64,000 bases of DNA from an uncultured Nitrososphaerota archaeon (GCA_964618805.1 CAZUBM010000001.1:201939-265938); one strand, 5' to 3'. Shown: positions 29,856 through 40,446, numbered from the stretch's first letter. Program-made: numbers and translations. The notes: generated by a model not told the origin, from the letters alone.

Positions 29856-30139
29856 GGGAAGAGGATCAAGAAGAAGAGATCGTATGCAGATGCGAGGATG
29901 TTTCACTAAAAGAAATATTAGAAGCAATCGATAAGGGATATACGACCTTAGATCAGCTTAAGAGATACCTTAGGATAGGGATGGGTCACTGTCAAGGAAG
30001 AACCTGTATGAGACTTGTTGCTGGAATTCTTGCAAAAAGGCTTGGAAAGAAGATGGATGAGATAGAATGGCCTACGGTTAGACCACCCATCTTGCCGGTT
30101 GAAATAGCGAAGTTGGCGGAGGTAGAGGTTGATGATTAA
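29852..30139 (+). CDS. BFD-like [2Fe-2S] subunit
   Basis: VCRCEDV, GMGHCQGRTC, RPPI. Confidence 0.9.
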   Translation: MREEDQEEEIVCRCEDVSLKEILEAIDKGYTTLDQLKRYLRIGMGHCQGRTCMRLVAGILAKRLGKKMDEIEWPTVRPPILPVEIAKLAEVEVDD

Positions 30140-31280
30140 GGAAAGAGTAGATGTAGCTATCATAGGAGGAGGAATAAGCGGGATAGCTCTCGCCTATGAA
30201 CTTTCAAAGAGGGGAGTAGAGGTCGCTGTTTTTGAGAAGAGCTTCTTGGGTGCTGGATCCACCGGAAGATGTGGTGGCGGAATAAGACAGCAATTCAGTA
30301 CGGAGGAAAACATCAGATTGGCGATGGAGAGCGTTAAAATATTCGAGAGGATGGAAGAAGAACTTGGTTGGGACATAGAATACTATCAAGGAGGATACCT
30401 CATTCTTGCTCATAATGAAGATGAAGTAAAACAATTTGAGAAGAACGTTAGACTGCAGAGAAGCTTGGGACTCGATGTTCAATGGCTTGAGAGGGGCGAA
30501 ATAAATGACATTGTTCCAGAACTTGATGTTGAGAGCATCGGTGCTATTGCTGCGACCTTCTGTCCTACAGATGGTCATGCTTATCCTCCAAAAGCGCTTT
30601 TAGCATACGCTGAAAACGCTAGAAAGCTTGGTGCTTGCATATATGAGTTTACTGAGGTTAAGAAGATAATTATTGAAGATGGAAGAGTAGCTGGAGTAAT
30701 AACTAGCAGAGGGGAAACCAGATCAAAGTTTGTCGTTAACGCAGCAGGAGCCTGGTCTCCTCTCATTGCTAAAATGGTGGGGATAGAACTTCCGAATAAG
30801 CCCTACAGGCACGAAATTTTGATAACAGAGCCCATATCTCACTTTTTAGACCCAATGGTTATCTCATTTCATGATAATGTGTACTTCAGGCAAACGATGA
30901 GGGGTGGCATAATAGGAGGGTGGGGAGATCCTGAGGAGAAACCTGGCTTTAATTTTACCTCAAGCTTCAGATTTGTCACTAGGATGGCCAAATTGTTGAG
31001 GAAATATGTACCCTCTCTAAAACCCATAAGAATATTGAGGCAATGGGCAGGGCTTTATGACGTGACTCCGGACGCAAAGCCCATCTTAGGACCCGTTAAG
31101 GGAATTGAAGGATTTTTACAGATGAACGGTTATTCAGGTCACGGCTTCATGGTAGCTCCTATGTGTGCCGTCTTGTTAGCTCAGTACATCACAGGAGAGC
31201 CTCTATCAATGTCTTTAAAGCCATTTAGCAGTGAAAGGTTTAAAGAGAGGGTTACAGGAGAAGTTTCAGTTGTTGGTTAA
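30129..31280 (+). CDS. FAD-dependent proline dehydrogenase / sarcosine oxidase beta-like subunit
   Basis: IIGGGISG, GSTGRCGGGIRQQF, WAGLYDVTPD, GYSGHGFM. Confidence 0.9.
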   Translation: MMIKERVDVAIIGGGISGIALAYELSKRGVEVAVFEKSFLGAGSTGRCGGGIRQQFSTEENIRLAMESVKIFERMEEELGWDIEYYQGGYLILAHNEDEVKQFEKNVRLQRSLGLDVQWLERGEINDIVPELDVESIGAIAATFCPTDGHAYPPKALLAYAENARKLGACIYEFTEVKKIIIEDGRVAGVITSRGETRSKFVVNAAGAWSPLIAKMVGIELPNKPYRHEILITEPISHFLDPMVISFHDNVYFRQTMRGGIIGGWGDPEEKPGFNFTSSFRFVTRMAKLLRKYVPSLKPIRILRQWAGLYDVTPDAKPILGPVKGIEGFLQMNGYSGHGFMVAPMCAVLLAQYITGEPLSMSLKPFSSERFKERVTGEVSVVG

Positions 31281-31879
31281 AGCCGAGCGTTGGGTTTTCT
31301 TAGAATCATCTTCTTTAAACGGACGTAGGATCTGCTTATCGGTCCAGAAAGATGTACATTCGAAAGTATAAGGACATCCTCTCCTTCGATATTTGTAATC
31401 CAAAATTCAGCATCGATTACGGGTAAAGCTATTCTAGTTCCTCCTGAGGGTACAAACCTGAAGCCTTCTGCTTTTACTTTTTCCTTCCCAACTTTGAACT
31501 TCTTTGTACCCAAACTTTCTATTATTCCATAGCTTCGATCTTCTTGATGTCTAGTTGATATCCACTCTGCTTTAGCCTGTTCAAGATAAGAGACTAGAGG
31601 TCCAAGATAGAGTTCCATAAGTTGTTTCAGTTTAGAGCCAGATAAGATATTTCCTCCTATCCTTGCCTTTAGCTTGCCTGTGAAGTTGGTTCCTACGAAA
31701 ATTCTCATTGATTCTCTCTCAAACGAACAAGATATTTGGAATTCACTAGGCCTATCACCGACTTGCTCCATTGTCCACAAAACTTTGTCCCCATTCTGCT
31801 CAAGCTCTATCTCTAAGAAAGTAAAGAGCTTTATAGCCCAGTGTAGCGCTTTTTCTGGAATAGTTAGATCTTTACTCAC
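31277..31879 (-). CDS. Hypothetical protein
   Basis: 200-aa GTG ORF filling the gap between operons, SD-like GGTGT upstream. Confidence 0.6.
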   Translation of the reverse strand: MSKDLTIPEKALHWAIKLFTFLEIELEQNGDKVLWTMEQVGDRPSEFQISCSFERESMRIFVGTNFTGKLKARIGGNILSGSKLKQLMELYLGPLVSYLEQAKAEWISTRHQEDRSYGIIESLGTKKFKVGKEKVKAEGFRFVPSGGTRIALPVIDAEFWITNIEGEDVLILSNVHLSGPISRSYVRLKKMILRKPNARL

Positions 31880-31950
31880 AAGAATACACCATGTGCTCTT
31901 TCCTGATGAAATAGTTTAAATCATTTTACTTCCATCCAAAATAGGTTCTT

Positions 31951-33330
31951 ATGGAGTTAGATGAGGCTATTTCAATTGGATTAGATCTGGGAGCCGACTT
32001 CATTGACATAAGAGAGCAAGAAATACTAACTACCTCCATAGAGATAGTTAACGGAACTGTAAGGACTCTGTCTACTGGTAAAAAGAGGGGATACGGCATT
32101 AGAAGCTTTTATAGAGGGGCTTGGGGTTTTTCCGTAACTCATAGTAAAAGTAAAGATCTGTTAACAAGAGCTGTTGAGGACAGCGTGAGATTAGCAAAGC
32201 TTTCAGCGTCTTTAAAGGAAGAAAAGTTCGAGCTTGAGGGAAAAGGCTATAAAGGAAAGGCATCAGTCCCTCAAATCGAGCCTCCTTCTAAAGTCCCAAT
32301 TGAGGAAAAATTGAAAAAAGCACTCGAGCTAGAGAAGTCTGCAAGAATAGACGAGAGAGTAAAGAACGTCACAGTTCGCTATAATGATGTTACTTTGTAT
32401 GAAGGGGTATTAAACAGCTTTGGAACGAAGGTTGAGCAGGAGATATCACGCGTCAATTCCTATGTCTTCGTGTTCGCGAGCGAAGCTGGAATTACAGAAA
32501 GGGCATTTGAAAGCATTGGAGGAACTGCCGGTTTTGAAATTTTGAGAAGCGATAAAGCAGCAATTATTGGTGAGAAAGCTGCAAGAAGAGCTGTAGAGCT
32601 TCTAAGTGCCAAATCTGCTCCTGCTGGCCAATATAAGGCTGTTTTAGATCAGAAACTGGCTGGTATATTCATTCATGAAGCATTTGGCCATGCTACTGAA
32701 GCTGATTCAGTTTTGGCAAAGATGAGCGTGTTGGAAGGGAGAATAGGAACGCAGGTGGGATCAAAATTAGTAAACGTAGTTGATGATCCAACATTGCCAA
32801 ACCTTTATGGAAGTTACCCCTTCGACGATGAAGGAACTCCTTCAAAAAAGAAATACCTAGTAAAGGAGGGCATACTCGTTGGATTCATGCATTCGTTGGA
32901 GACTTCCTCAAGGATGGGGCAAGAATGTACGGGAAACGGCAGATCAATGAGCTACAGTAATCCGCCAATCGTTAGAATGAGCAACACTTTCATAGCTAAA
33001 GGTGATTGGAAATTTGAGGAGTTGCTTGAAGAAATAGATGAAGGAATTTACGCAAAAGGGGGAATTTACGGCTATACAGAGCCCTCGAAGGGCCAGTTCA
33101 TGTTTAAAGCGGAAGAAGGCTGGCTGATCAGAAAAGGGGAATTGGTAGAGAGATTAAGGGAGGTAGCCATAGCAGGCATGACATTAGAGGTTTTACACAA
33201 CATCGATGCTGTTGCCGACGATCTGGAGATGAGGATAGGCCATTGCGGTAAGGGGGGACAGTGGGTTCCTACGACAGCAGGTTCCCCTCACATAAGGGTA
33301 AAGAGAATGATTTTTGGTGGTCTAAGATGA
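31951..33330 (+). CDS. tldD: TldD metalloprotease
   Basis: HEAFGHATEAD, FDDEG, RMSNT, CGKGGQWVP...GSPH. Confidence 0.93.
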   Translation: MELDEAISIGLDLGADFIDIREQEILTTSIEIVNGTVRTLSTGKKRGYGIRSFYRGAWGFSVTHSKSKDLLTRAVEDSVRLAKLSASLKEEKFELEGKGYKGKASVPQIEPPSKVPIEEKLKKALELEKSARIDERVKNVTVRYNDVTLYEGVLNSFGTKVEQEISRVNSYVFVFASEAGITERAFESIGGTAGFEILRSDKAAIIGEKAARRAVELLSAKSAPAGQYKAVLDQKLAGIFIHEAFGHATEADSVLAKMSVLEGRIGTQVGSKLVNVVDDPTLPNLYGSYPFDDEGTPSKKKYLVKEGILVGFMHSLETSSRMGQECTGNGRSMSYSNPPIVRMSNTFIAKGDWKFEELLEEIDEGIYAKGGIYGYTEPSKGQFMFKAEEGWLIRKGELVERLREVAIAGMTLEVLHNIDAVADDLEMRIGHCGKGGQWVPTTAGSPHIRVKRMIFGGLR

Positions 33331-34664
33331 GTAAGGATGAACTTCTAAGTTTTGGAGAGATGGCTGTTAAGAATGCACTATCTGAAGGGGTCGATCAGGC
33401 TGAAGCATTTCTATACAAGGGAAGATTACTCTCGATAACTGTTGAGAAAGGCGAGGTGAAAAAGGCTGAAAGCATAGTTGAGAAAGGCATAGGCATCAGG
33501 GTTGCGATAGGAAAGAAAATTGGTTTCTCCTACTCAACTGAGTTTGAAGAAACAGACATTGTTGCAAGAAGAGCCATTGAGAATGCAAGAGCTTCTCCTC
33601 CAGATCCGGACTTCAAGTCCTTTCCAGAACCAACAGAGCCTTCTGAGGTAGGAGAGCTTTTTGACAAAAGAATAGCTGAACTTGGGGTAGAGGACGCGGC
33701 AAAGATGATAAAGGAGATGGTTGAATCGGCAAGGGTGGATAAAAAGGTTTACTCCATTGGAGGAGCCTTCTTCTCCGCAGCAGGCACCATGGCCGTCATA
33801 AATTCCTTAGGCATCCAGAGAGCCGATGATCTAACTCAAACCTACATCTACGCCTATGTCTCAGCAAAAGATGGAGATGATATGAGTGCTGGCTATGAGT
33901 TTAATCAAGGCAGGCACCTTTCTGAGATTAATCCTAGCTGGGTTGGAAAAGAGGCAGCAAGCCTAGCCATTAAATCCCTAGGAGCTGTTAGGGTGGAGAC
34001 CGGATATTATGACGTGATAATAGATCCAGTAGCGATGCCCTCTTTTATAGGCTTTCTGGTTTCCTCTGCAGCCAATGCGGAAAATGTACAGTATGGAAGG
34101 TCTTTCCTAACTGGTAAGCTTGGAAAGAAAATAGGAAGGGAAGAGATAAGCATTTTTGACGATGGGACAATTCCTGGCGCGTATGCTAGTGTTAGTTTCG
34201 ATGGAGAAGGAGTGAGCACAAGGAGAACGCCAGTAATTCTTAATGGATCTTTAATGAGCTACATTCACAATTCTTATACAGCTAAAAAAGCAGGAGTCCA
34301 AAACACCGGGAATGCATCTAGAAGCTATGACTCCTTACCGTCCATAGATTCTCATAACGTAATCTTGGAAGCAAAGAGCCTTGAAGCAAAAAAGGAAGAA
34401 CTCCTAGATGTCAAGAAAGGTATACTTTTCAAGGAAACTGGAGATAGACCAAACTTAGCAAATGGAGAATTTAGTGGGCTGATGTCCTGCGCATTTCTCA
34501 TAGAAAATGGTGAAATAACGAAAGGACTCAAAGAAGCTGGCTTTGGCATTAACTTATTGGACTTTCTTACTAAGATCGACTTGATCGGAGATGAAAAGAG
34601 GCAGGTAGGGTCAACCATTTCACCTTCTTGCAGAATTAGAGATATGAGAGTTGCTGGCAAGTAA
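33327..34664 (+). CDS. pmbA: PmbA/TldE
   Basis: FDGEGV, TGNASR, NGEFSG; lacks HExxxH; ATGA coupling to tldD. Confidence 0.9.
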   Translation: MSKDELLSFGEMAVKNALSEGVDQAEAFLYKGRLLSITVEKGEVKKAESIVEKGIGIRVAIGKKIGFSYSTEFEETDIVARRAIENARASPPDPDFKSFPEPTEPSEVGELFDKRIAELGVEDAAKMIKEMVESARVDKKVYSIGGAFFSAAGTMAVINSLGIQRADDLTQTYIYAYVSAKDGDDMSAGYEFNQGRHLSEINPSWVGKEAASLAIKSLGAVRVETGYYDVIIDPVAMPSFIGFLVSSAANAENVQYGRSFLTGKLGKKIGREEISIFDDGTIPGAYASVSFDGEGVSTRRTPVILNGSLMSYIHNSYTAKKAGVQNTGNASRSYDSLPSIDSHNVILEAKSLEAKKEELLDVKKGILFKETGDRPNLANGEFSGLMSCAFLIENGEITKGLKEAGFGINLLDFLTKIDLIGDEKRQVGSTISPSCRIRDMRVAGK

Positions 34665-34787
34665 ATTATAGCAAAAAGAAAGAGAAATTCTTGAAATATA
34701 ATTACCTAATCTTCTGTCAGAAAAACGTGTTGAGTTCTGATCTCTAACACAGTGAAAATCTAGTTTGGTCTTTACTCTGATTTTTGG

Positions 34788-35486
34788 TCACTCATTTCTG
34801 TTGATGTAGCCATCATTTAGGTCTGAGGCAAGTTCCTTTCTAAAACAATTTAAAATTGCTTTGATCCTTTTCTGAACGTCTTCTATTGTGCCAGTTCCAT
34901 CTACCTCTCTCAACACCCCCCTTTTTGCATAATATTCGATGAGCTGAGAAGACTCTCTTTCATAAACTTCAAGCCTTCTCTTCACCACTTCTTCTTTATC
35001 ATCCTCTCTTTGGTAGAGGTGTCCGCCACAGATGTCGCAGATCTCATCATTTTTAGGCGGGTTAAATATTAAATGATAGATTGCACCGCATTTCTCGCAT
35101 ATTCTGCGGGAAGATAGGCGTCTAATGAGCTCTTCTTTATTTACCTTAAGGTAAATTGCTAAATCAACGCTAAGGCCTTTCTTTTCTAACCACCTTGTTA
35201 GTGCTTCAGCCTGCCTTAGATTACGAGGAAAACCATCTAAAACAAATCCCTTCTCGCAGTCAGGCATCTCAAGCCTATCCATAATTATCTTTATAGTGAT
35301 TTCATCTGGAACAAGCTCGCCTTTAAGCACATATCCCTTAATTTTCTCTGCAAGAGGACCATCCCTCCGGATAATATCTCTAAAGATCTCGCCTGATGCT
35401 ATAACAGGAATGCTGAACTCTTTGGAGATTATCGTTGCATGGGTTCCTTTGCCCGAGCCTGGTGGGCCAAGCATTATGATCCTCAT
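34788..35486 (-). CDS. adk: Adenylate kinase, bacterial-type with zinc lid
   Basis: GPPGSGKGT, GELVPD, LDGFPRN, CEKC...CDIC lid, QREDD. Confidence 0.95.
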   Translation of the reverse strand: MRIIMLGPPGSGKGTHATIISKEFSIPVIASGEIFRDIIRRDGPLAEKIKGYVLKGELVPDEITIKIIMDRLEMPDCEKGFVLDGFPRNLRQAEALTRWLEKKGLSVDLAIYLKVNKEELIRRLSSRRICEKCGAIYHLIFNPPKNDEICDICGGHLYQREDDKEEVVKRRLEVYERESSQLIEYYAKRGVLREVDGTGTIEDVQKRIKAILNCFRKELASDLNDGYINRNE

Positions 35487-35718
35487 CGCAATGTCGCAAA
35501 TAATTAGTTACAACTTTTAACTTTTCTTAACAACGCTTGTAGAGAAATCAGCTTACATTACCTTCGTTTTTCTAAACCTAGAACTATGGAAATAGGCACT
35601 GTTAGGGTAGTTCTAGCTAAAAACAAAGATACTTGTGACCAAAGATTTATTTCTGATGAATTTAACACGTATAAAAATAAATTAAACTGTTCTTGATTGC
35701 TGAGAAGAAGGTTTCCAA

Positions 35719-36918
35719 CTACTTAAGCAAATATACACCTAAGAACAGGAAAAGGGTCGTCATAAGATCAGCAGATGAAGTAACCATTGGTACAACGAAG
35801 TTATCTGGATCCCATCCCCTTTTGAATGTTCCTTCAGCTACGATGAAGGATAGCAGAGATATTGCTAAAAAGCCAATAAGATTAGTGAAAAGTGAGAGCT
35901 TTATTAGAGTGAAGGCAGTGCCACGTACTAATTCACCAGAAAAGGATGCTCCTAGAAACCCTAATAAGCTGAATAAAACAAATGCTGAAATTTCTACAGC
36001 AACAGCATCCATTACAAAAAGCTGGATTCTCTGCTTAATAGAACTACTTAGCCCGATTGCTAGCTTAGTTGTGGTTATCGATCCTATAATAGATCCCATT
36101 CCTCCAAGAACGCTCATCATTGCAGGGTACACAGCAATCAGCCCAGGCAAAGCCTCAATTTTAAGTCGAAATCTTGCTAGAACCGATCCACTAAAGCTTC
36201 CCAAAAGGCTGGAAGCGAAGACACTAGAAACCCCTTCTAAAATAGTCTTTCTAAAGAAAGACTCGGTAATGTGGATCTTACAAAAACCCAAAACCAAAAC
36301 TGATGAAAGGAGTGAAAACAATGCTAAGAGAGATAGAAGCCCTCTTTCAATGACCTTAACCGCTATGAAAAAGATTGATGCTACTATAATATCGTTCATC
36401 ATGGAAACAGCAGGATACACAACTATATCTGGATCAAATCCCCTTCTAAAGCTTAGAATAGCAACGACTACCGTAATTGGCATGGCTAAAGCGACCGAAG
36501 CTAGGCAAACGAAGGTTGGCAGGAACAAGTAAATGAGTAAGTGATCTACTCTTGCATGTCCTATGCTTAAATTAAGGAAGAAGGAGAAAAAACCCATTCC
36601 TAGCGTGTCTAAAAAGGCCAGAACAAATATAGATTTGAGTAAAAGGTAGAACTCTTTGGTATTTCCTGTAAAAGACGCTCTAGCCCTCCCGGTGTTTAGC
36701 ATAGTCCCTAGCTTCCCAGAAAGAATTCCTCCTATATCTCCACGTATAGTTAAGACGGGAGGAAAAAGTGCTAAGATCCATGGAGATTCAATAAATCCGT
36801 AAGACAAAAAAGACACAATTCCTCCAGCAAAAACGCTACCTAGATTGAAAGTAAGAGCTAGTAGCGACTGAGTAGTGGTAGAAAGCATACTTTTGGATTG
36901 GTTCTTCCTGTAAGTCAA
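35719..36918 (-). CDS. MgtE/SLC41-like membrane divalent-cation transporter (two repeats)
   Basis: Twice repeated G..G.I / GFDPD and GWDPDN..P..T...D motifs. Confidence 0.85.
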   Translation of the reverse strand: MTYRKNQSKSMLSTTTQSLLALTFNLGSVFAGGIVSFLSYGFIESPWILALFPPVLTIRGDIGGILSGKLGTMLNTGRARASFTGNTKEFYLLLKSIFVLAFLDTLGMGFFSFFLNLSIGHARVDHLLIYLFLPTFVCLASVALAMPITVVVAILSFRRGFDPDIVVYPAVSMMNDIIVASIFFIAVKVIERGLLSLLALFSLLSSVLVLGFCKIHITESFFRKTILEGVSSVFASSLLGSFSGSVLARFRLKIEALPGLIAVYPAMMSVLGGMGSIIGSITTTKLAIGLSSSIKQRIQLFVMDAVAVEISAFVLFSLLGFLGASFSGELVRGTAFTLIKLSLFTNLIGFLAISLLSFIVAEGTFKRGWDPDNFVVPMVTSSADLMTTLFLFLGVYLLK

Positions 36919-37055
36919 TGTTGCCCCATGCCAGTGCCCCTCCTCTATTCAATGATCCATCCTCCTCCGTGGTCAAAGAAGCTTGACCTCTAAATCATTT
37001 AAAAAGTATTTGAATGACAATAGTCCTTCTTTGGAAATTTGCCATATATAGGCCC

Positions 37056-38273
37056 TTACATCCCTTCTACTCCGGAAAGAATCATTTTCTCGAAGCTTTC
37101 CCTCCCCTCCTTGTATCCACTGACCACCACAAGATCTCCACCAGCCAACACAAACGAGGGTGTTGGTTTGTATATCCACCTGTCACCTCTCTTCACAGCT
37201 ATAACCCTAAGACCCATTTCCTCCAAATTAAGTTCAGCAAGGCTGAGTCCTACAACTTTACTTCCGTCCTTTATATCTATCATAAAGACGATGTCCGCAG
37301 TTTCTCTCATAACTTGCTCAATTATAGGATGAGGCCTTACTCCTCCTAAAACAACCTCTGCAATTGATCTAGCAGCATCAGTTATGTTCTCCGCTGCTAA
37401 AGCTAGCCTAAGAAGGCCAAGAACTTTTTCTTCAGGAATTCCCTTTTCTCTTCCCAATTTTATTGCCTCCAGCTCTAAGTCGGTGTGAAGTAGATCAACT
37501 AGCAATTCTAGCTTTTCAACCTCTCTTGCTAAGTCTGGATTGAAATAAAGAAAACTTGAATGAGCTAGATCTACCGAAAGTTTAGCTAAGTCGATCAGAT
37601 CTGCAAGCATACTTCCAAGTTTCTCCTCAGGAGTCTTAGCCTCCTCTTCTCCTAAGGGAGGAAGCTGGGGAACCATGAACTCCCTAAGTTCACCAGAAGC
37701 TATGTTTCTAAATGCAGAAAGACTCTCACGATCCCCTCTAACTAATACAAGATCATTAGGCAACATTACGATATCTGAAGGATCAAATATCCACTCCTCG
37801 CCTCTCTTAAGGGCTATTATATCAACTCCTATTTTGCCTTCTAAAGCCAATTCCTTTGGACTCTTTCCAACTAAGATAGAGTTTGCACTAAGGGAGTACC
37901 TGCCTATCCTCTCTTCAACCTCTTCAAATGCTTCCGAAGCTATTCTTGGAATCCCTAGCCCCCTAAGGACAGTATAAGCTACATCTGTAGCTGCATCTGA
38001 CATCTTATCTGAGTTAGAAGCTAGTACCCACAGGCCCAGCATCGCTTCTGCATCTTCCTTGTCTCTAGCTGCGATAGCAATTATCATAGCTAGTTGATGA
38101 CATAACCTATCTATTCTCTCACTTAGTTCTACCACGTTTTGTGCGAGATCTTCATCGTTAAAAAGAGCTGAAGCATATGCTAGATCGATCATTAATTCAG
38201 ATGTCGAAAGGATTTCGACTAGGAGATCCCTAGCAGGAATGGGCTTAAATTCTACCCTCTCTTCACCCTCCAA
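37056..38273 (-). CDS. Tandem PhoU + TrkA-C domain regulator
   Basis: Two repeats of SELMIDLAY/AKLSVDLAH helices, each followed by a TrkA-C segment (IIALKRG / VIAVKRG). Confidence 0.85.
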   Translation of the reverse strand: MEGEERVEFKPIPARDLLVEILSTSELMIDLAYASALFNDEDLAQNVVELSERIDRLCHQLAMIIAIAARDKEDAEAMLGLWVLASNSDKMSDAATDVAYTVLRGLGIPRIASEAFEEVEERIGRYSLSANSILVGKSPKELALEGKIGVDIIALKRGEEWIFDPSDIVMLPNDLVLVRGDRESLSAFRNIASGELREFMVPQLPPLGEEEAKTPEEKLGSMLADLIDLAKLSVDLAHSSFLYFNPDLAREVEKLELLVDLLHTDLELEAIKLGREKGIPEEKVLGLLRLALAAENITDAARSIAEVVLGGVRPHPIIEQVMRETADIVFMIDIKDGSKVVGLSLAELNLEEMGLRVIAVKRGDRWIYKPTPSFVLAGGDLVVVSGYKEGRESFEKMILSGVEGM

Positions 38274-38348
38274 TTCGAAGGTCTCCCAGCTTTTGAATGG
38301 AAAGTTGTTATTTAAACCTCTATCTGGACAAGGGCTTTGTCCAAGCTA

Positions 38349-38780
38349 TTACTCCCCAACGACCTCTAAGATCACTTTCCTAGGCCGAGGGCCATCCAAC
38401 TCTATGAAAAGTATTCTTTGCCACGTTCCAAGAGTCAACTTACCTCTAACTAAAGGTATGGATATGCTCGATCCGCTCAAACAGTTCAATATGTGAGCAT
38501 GAGCGTTTTGCTCGCGAGCAATCCCACTATACTTAGCATTATGTCTGTAATCCCCTTGTATTGGGACTAGTTGAGTAAATGTCTTCAGGATATCATGCCA
38601 GAGTTCGGGATCGTTTTCGTTAACTGCTATAGCGGCAGTAGTATGTGGCTCCCAGATAACAACGAAGCCTTCCGAAATGCCAGAGTTTGACACGCTTTTT
38701 TCTACCTGGCTTGTGATATCTAATATCTCTAATCGCTTTGAAGACCTTATTCTCACTTCATCCACATAGACTCGCATCAT
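38349..38780 (-). CDS. yjbQ: YjbQ/UPF0047 family protein
   Basis: HTTAAIAVNE, NAHAHI, LGTWQRILFIELDGPR. Confidence 0.92.
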   Translation of the reverse strand: MMRVYVDEVRIRSSKRLEILDITSQVEKSVSNSGISEGFVVIWEPHTTAAIAVNENDPELWHDILKTFTQLVPIQGDYRHNAKYSGIAREQNAHAHILNCLSGSSISIPLVRGKLTLGTWQRILFIELDGPRPRKVILEVVGE

Positions 38781-38783
38781 ATT

Positions 38784-39368
38784 TCACCAAGAAAATTGAG
38801 CGGCTGGCCAGAAATAATAGCTTCTATTGTTGAGAGCAAAGTTTCTGCTGAAGTAATGCCTACGAACTTCTTTTTCAAAAGAACTTCTTGTCCCTACGAA
38901 AAAGTGCCTACGAACTTCTTGTCCCTCAGGATCGATGACGAAAATGGTGGGGATCGCTCTTACTTCATAGGTCTTTGCTGTGGCGCCTTTTATATCCAAA
39001 AGGACGAGCCAATCAAGCTCTTTCTTAGAAATGAACTTCTGAACTGTTTTCTTGCTCTCTCCTACATCTATAGAAATGATTACAACTTCATCCTCGTTCA
39101 CCATAGATTTTAGTTCTTTGAGGTTTCTCATTTGAATTTCGCAAGGACCGCACCACGTAGCCCAGAAATCTAAGAGAACAACCTTCCCTCTGAAGTCACT
39201 GAGCTTTACACTATGCCCTTCTAAGGTCTCCAATTCAAAATCAGGAGCGATATTGGCTTCAGGCTGAGAGAGCATGAAAAAAGCCAAGATTAAGAGCGTG
39301 CATATGATAAGTAGGACTAGTGTAAGCTTTAGCAGCGATCTCATCAGGTCTGGGACCAAAGCTGGCAT
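38784..39368 (-). CDS. Membrane-anchored TlpA/ResA-like thioredoxin; C-terminus scrambled by micro-duplications
   Basis: APDFEL, LDFWATWCGPC, AIPTIFVIDPEG; the expected tail KKFVGITSAETLLSTIE lies in another frame. Confidence 0.85.
   Translation of the reverse strand: MPALVPDLMRSLLKLTLVLLIICTLLILAFFMLSQPEANIAPDFELETLEGHSVKLSDFRGKVVLLDFWATWCGPCEIQMRNLKELKSMVNEDEVVIISIDVGESKKTVQKFISKKELDWLVLLDIKGATAKTYEVRAIPTIFVIDPEGQEVRRHFFVGTRSSFEKEVRRHYFSRNFALNNRSYYFWPAAQFSW
38856..38926. repeat. Nested micro-duplications inside the tlpA 3' end
   Basis: TGCCTACGAACTTCTT at 38857 and 38905; GAACTTCTTGTCCCT at 38881 and 38912. Confidence 0.85.
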
Positions 39369-39410
39369 AAAAAAGTTTGTCCAAAGAATGTTTCAAAAAC
39401 AATAAATAAC

Positions 39411-40427
39411 TTATTTAGCCCTAAGGACAATTCTTCTGGTTAATATCTCTAATCTATAACGTTCAGAATATTTCAAGCTCTTATATGATTCCTTAGCTAG
39501 CAGGATCAAGTGTCCCTCCACAATGCCCTTTAAACCCATTTCTTTCAGCAATTCGAAAACCTCTTCCTCGCTGGGAACCTTCTCCTTGCACTTGTTTGGA
39601 CATAAAGTGCACTTACCCCAAATCCATCTCACATCCATGCATGGAACACCATGAGCTAAAGCATTAGCACAGCAGGCAGATCCTAATGCAATTAAGCCTT
39701 TCTCCCTAGCCATTTGCATTGCGAACTCCTTGAGATCTTCCCCTCTTATGTACCTCTGAGAGTTGTTTAAGGTTTTAACTCTCTTTAGAATGGGTTCTAC
39801 GTCAATGCCCGCTTTCTTAAGCCTGCTTATTGTTGAATTGGTTACTCTTAAAGTTCCAAAGACAACAGATCTGAATCCAGCCCTTTTTGCTTCATCTAAT
39901 ATTTCTTCCATTTCAATATCTGTTACTCCAGGAATTATAGGTCTAACAAAGAGAGTTGGAATTGCTTCAATAGAAAAAGCTATTTTTGCGCTCTCCATTC
40001 TCTCCAAAGGGGAAGGAGCTCCTTTCTCTATTTGCTTATACTTCTCTAAGGTAACAACAGTGACAAGAACGTTAATTCCTCTAAATGCCGGATTCTCTGG
40101 AATCAAACACTTCGTAGAGATCTGTATGGGATTTCCCAACGTCTTGAGGCTTAATATGAAATCGATGGTTTTCTTAAGAACCCTACCAGGTAATAAGGGT
40201 TCACTCAGACTACCAATGGCAAGAAAAACACCCATTTTTCCCCTCACGAAAAATGGATTCCTAATAATCTCCTTAACAAGCTCATTTCCATTAATTTCAG
40301 CAATTTTAGGCTCGAAGCCTATGTCCATATCCCTAATATAGCAGTAAGAGCAATCAAAGGGACAGCCTATCACTGGATGTATTGTCAGACCACAGGGTCT
40401 CGGTTTCCTTTTAGCATAAGAGGACAT
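39411..40427 (-). CDS. Radical SAM protein (SPL-like) with Cys-rich C-terminus
   Basis: GCPFDCSYCY; RPIIPGVTD; SACC..C..CTLCPNKC. Confidence 0.85.
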   Translation of the reverse strand: MSSYAKRKPRPCGLTIHPVIGCPFDCSYCYIRDMDIGFEPKIAEINGNELVKEIIRNPFFVRGKMGVFLAIGSLSEPLLPGRVLKKTIDFILSLKTLGNPIQISTKCLIPENPAFRGINVLVTVVTLEKYKQIEKGAPSPLERMESAKIAFSIEAIPTLFVRPIIPGVTDIEMEEILDEAKRAGFRSVVFGTLRVTNSTISRLKKAGIDVEPILKRVKTLNNSQRYIRGEDLKEFAMQMAREKGLIALGSACCANALAHGVPCMDVRWIWGKCTLCPNKCKEKVPSEEEVFELLKEMGLKGIVEGHLILLAKESYKSLKYSERYRLEILTRRIVLRAK

Positions 40428-40446
40428 CAGGTATGTGAAGTCTCAT

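Noticed and set aside
35578-35616. Inverted repeat CTAGAACTA...TAGTTCTAG upstream of adk (MITE?)
   Set aside because: Single 9-bp pair, no target-site duplication or second copy in the window
35693-36532. Long antisense ORF (279 aa) and similar shadow ORFs (e.g. 39763-40341, 21119-21646, 52160-52705)
   Set aside because: They overlap well-supported genes on the opposite strand or in another frame and carry no motifs
38784-39368. TlpA as the electron donor for NrdD
   Set aside because: N-terminal membrane anchor implies an extracytoplasmic location, and its C-terminus is disrupted
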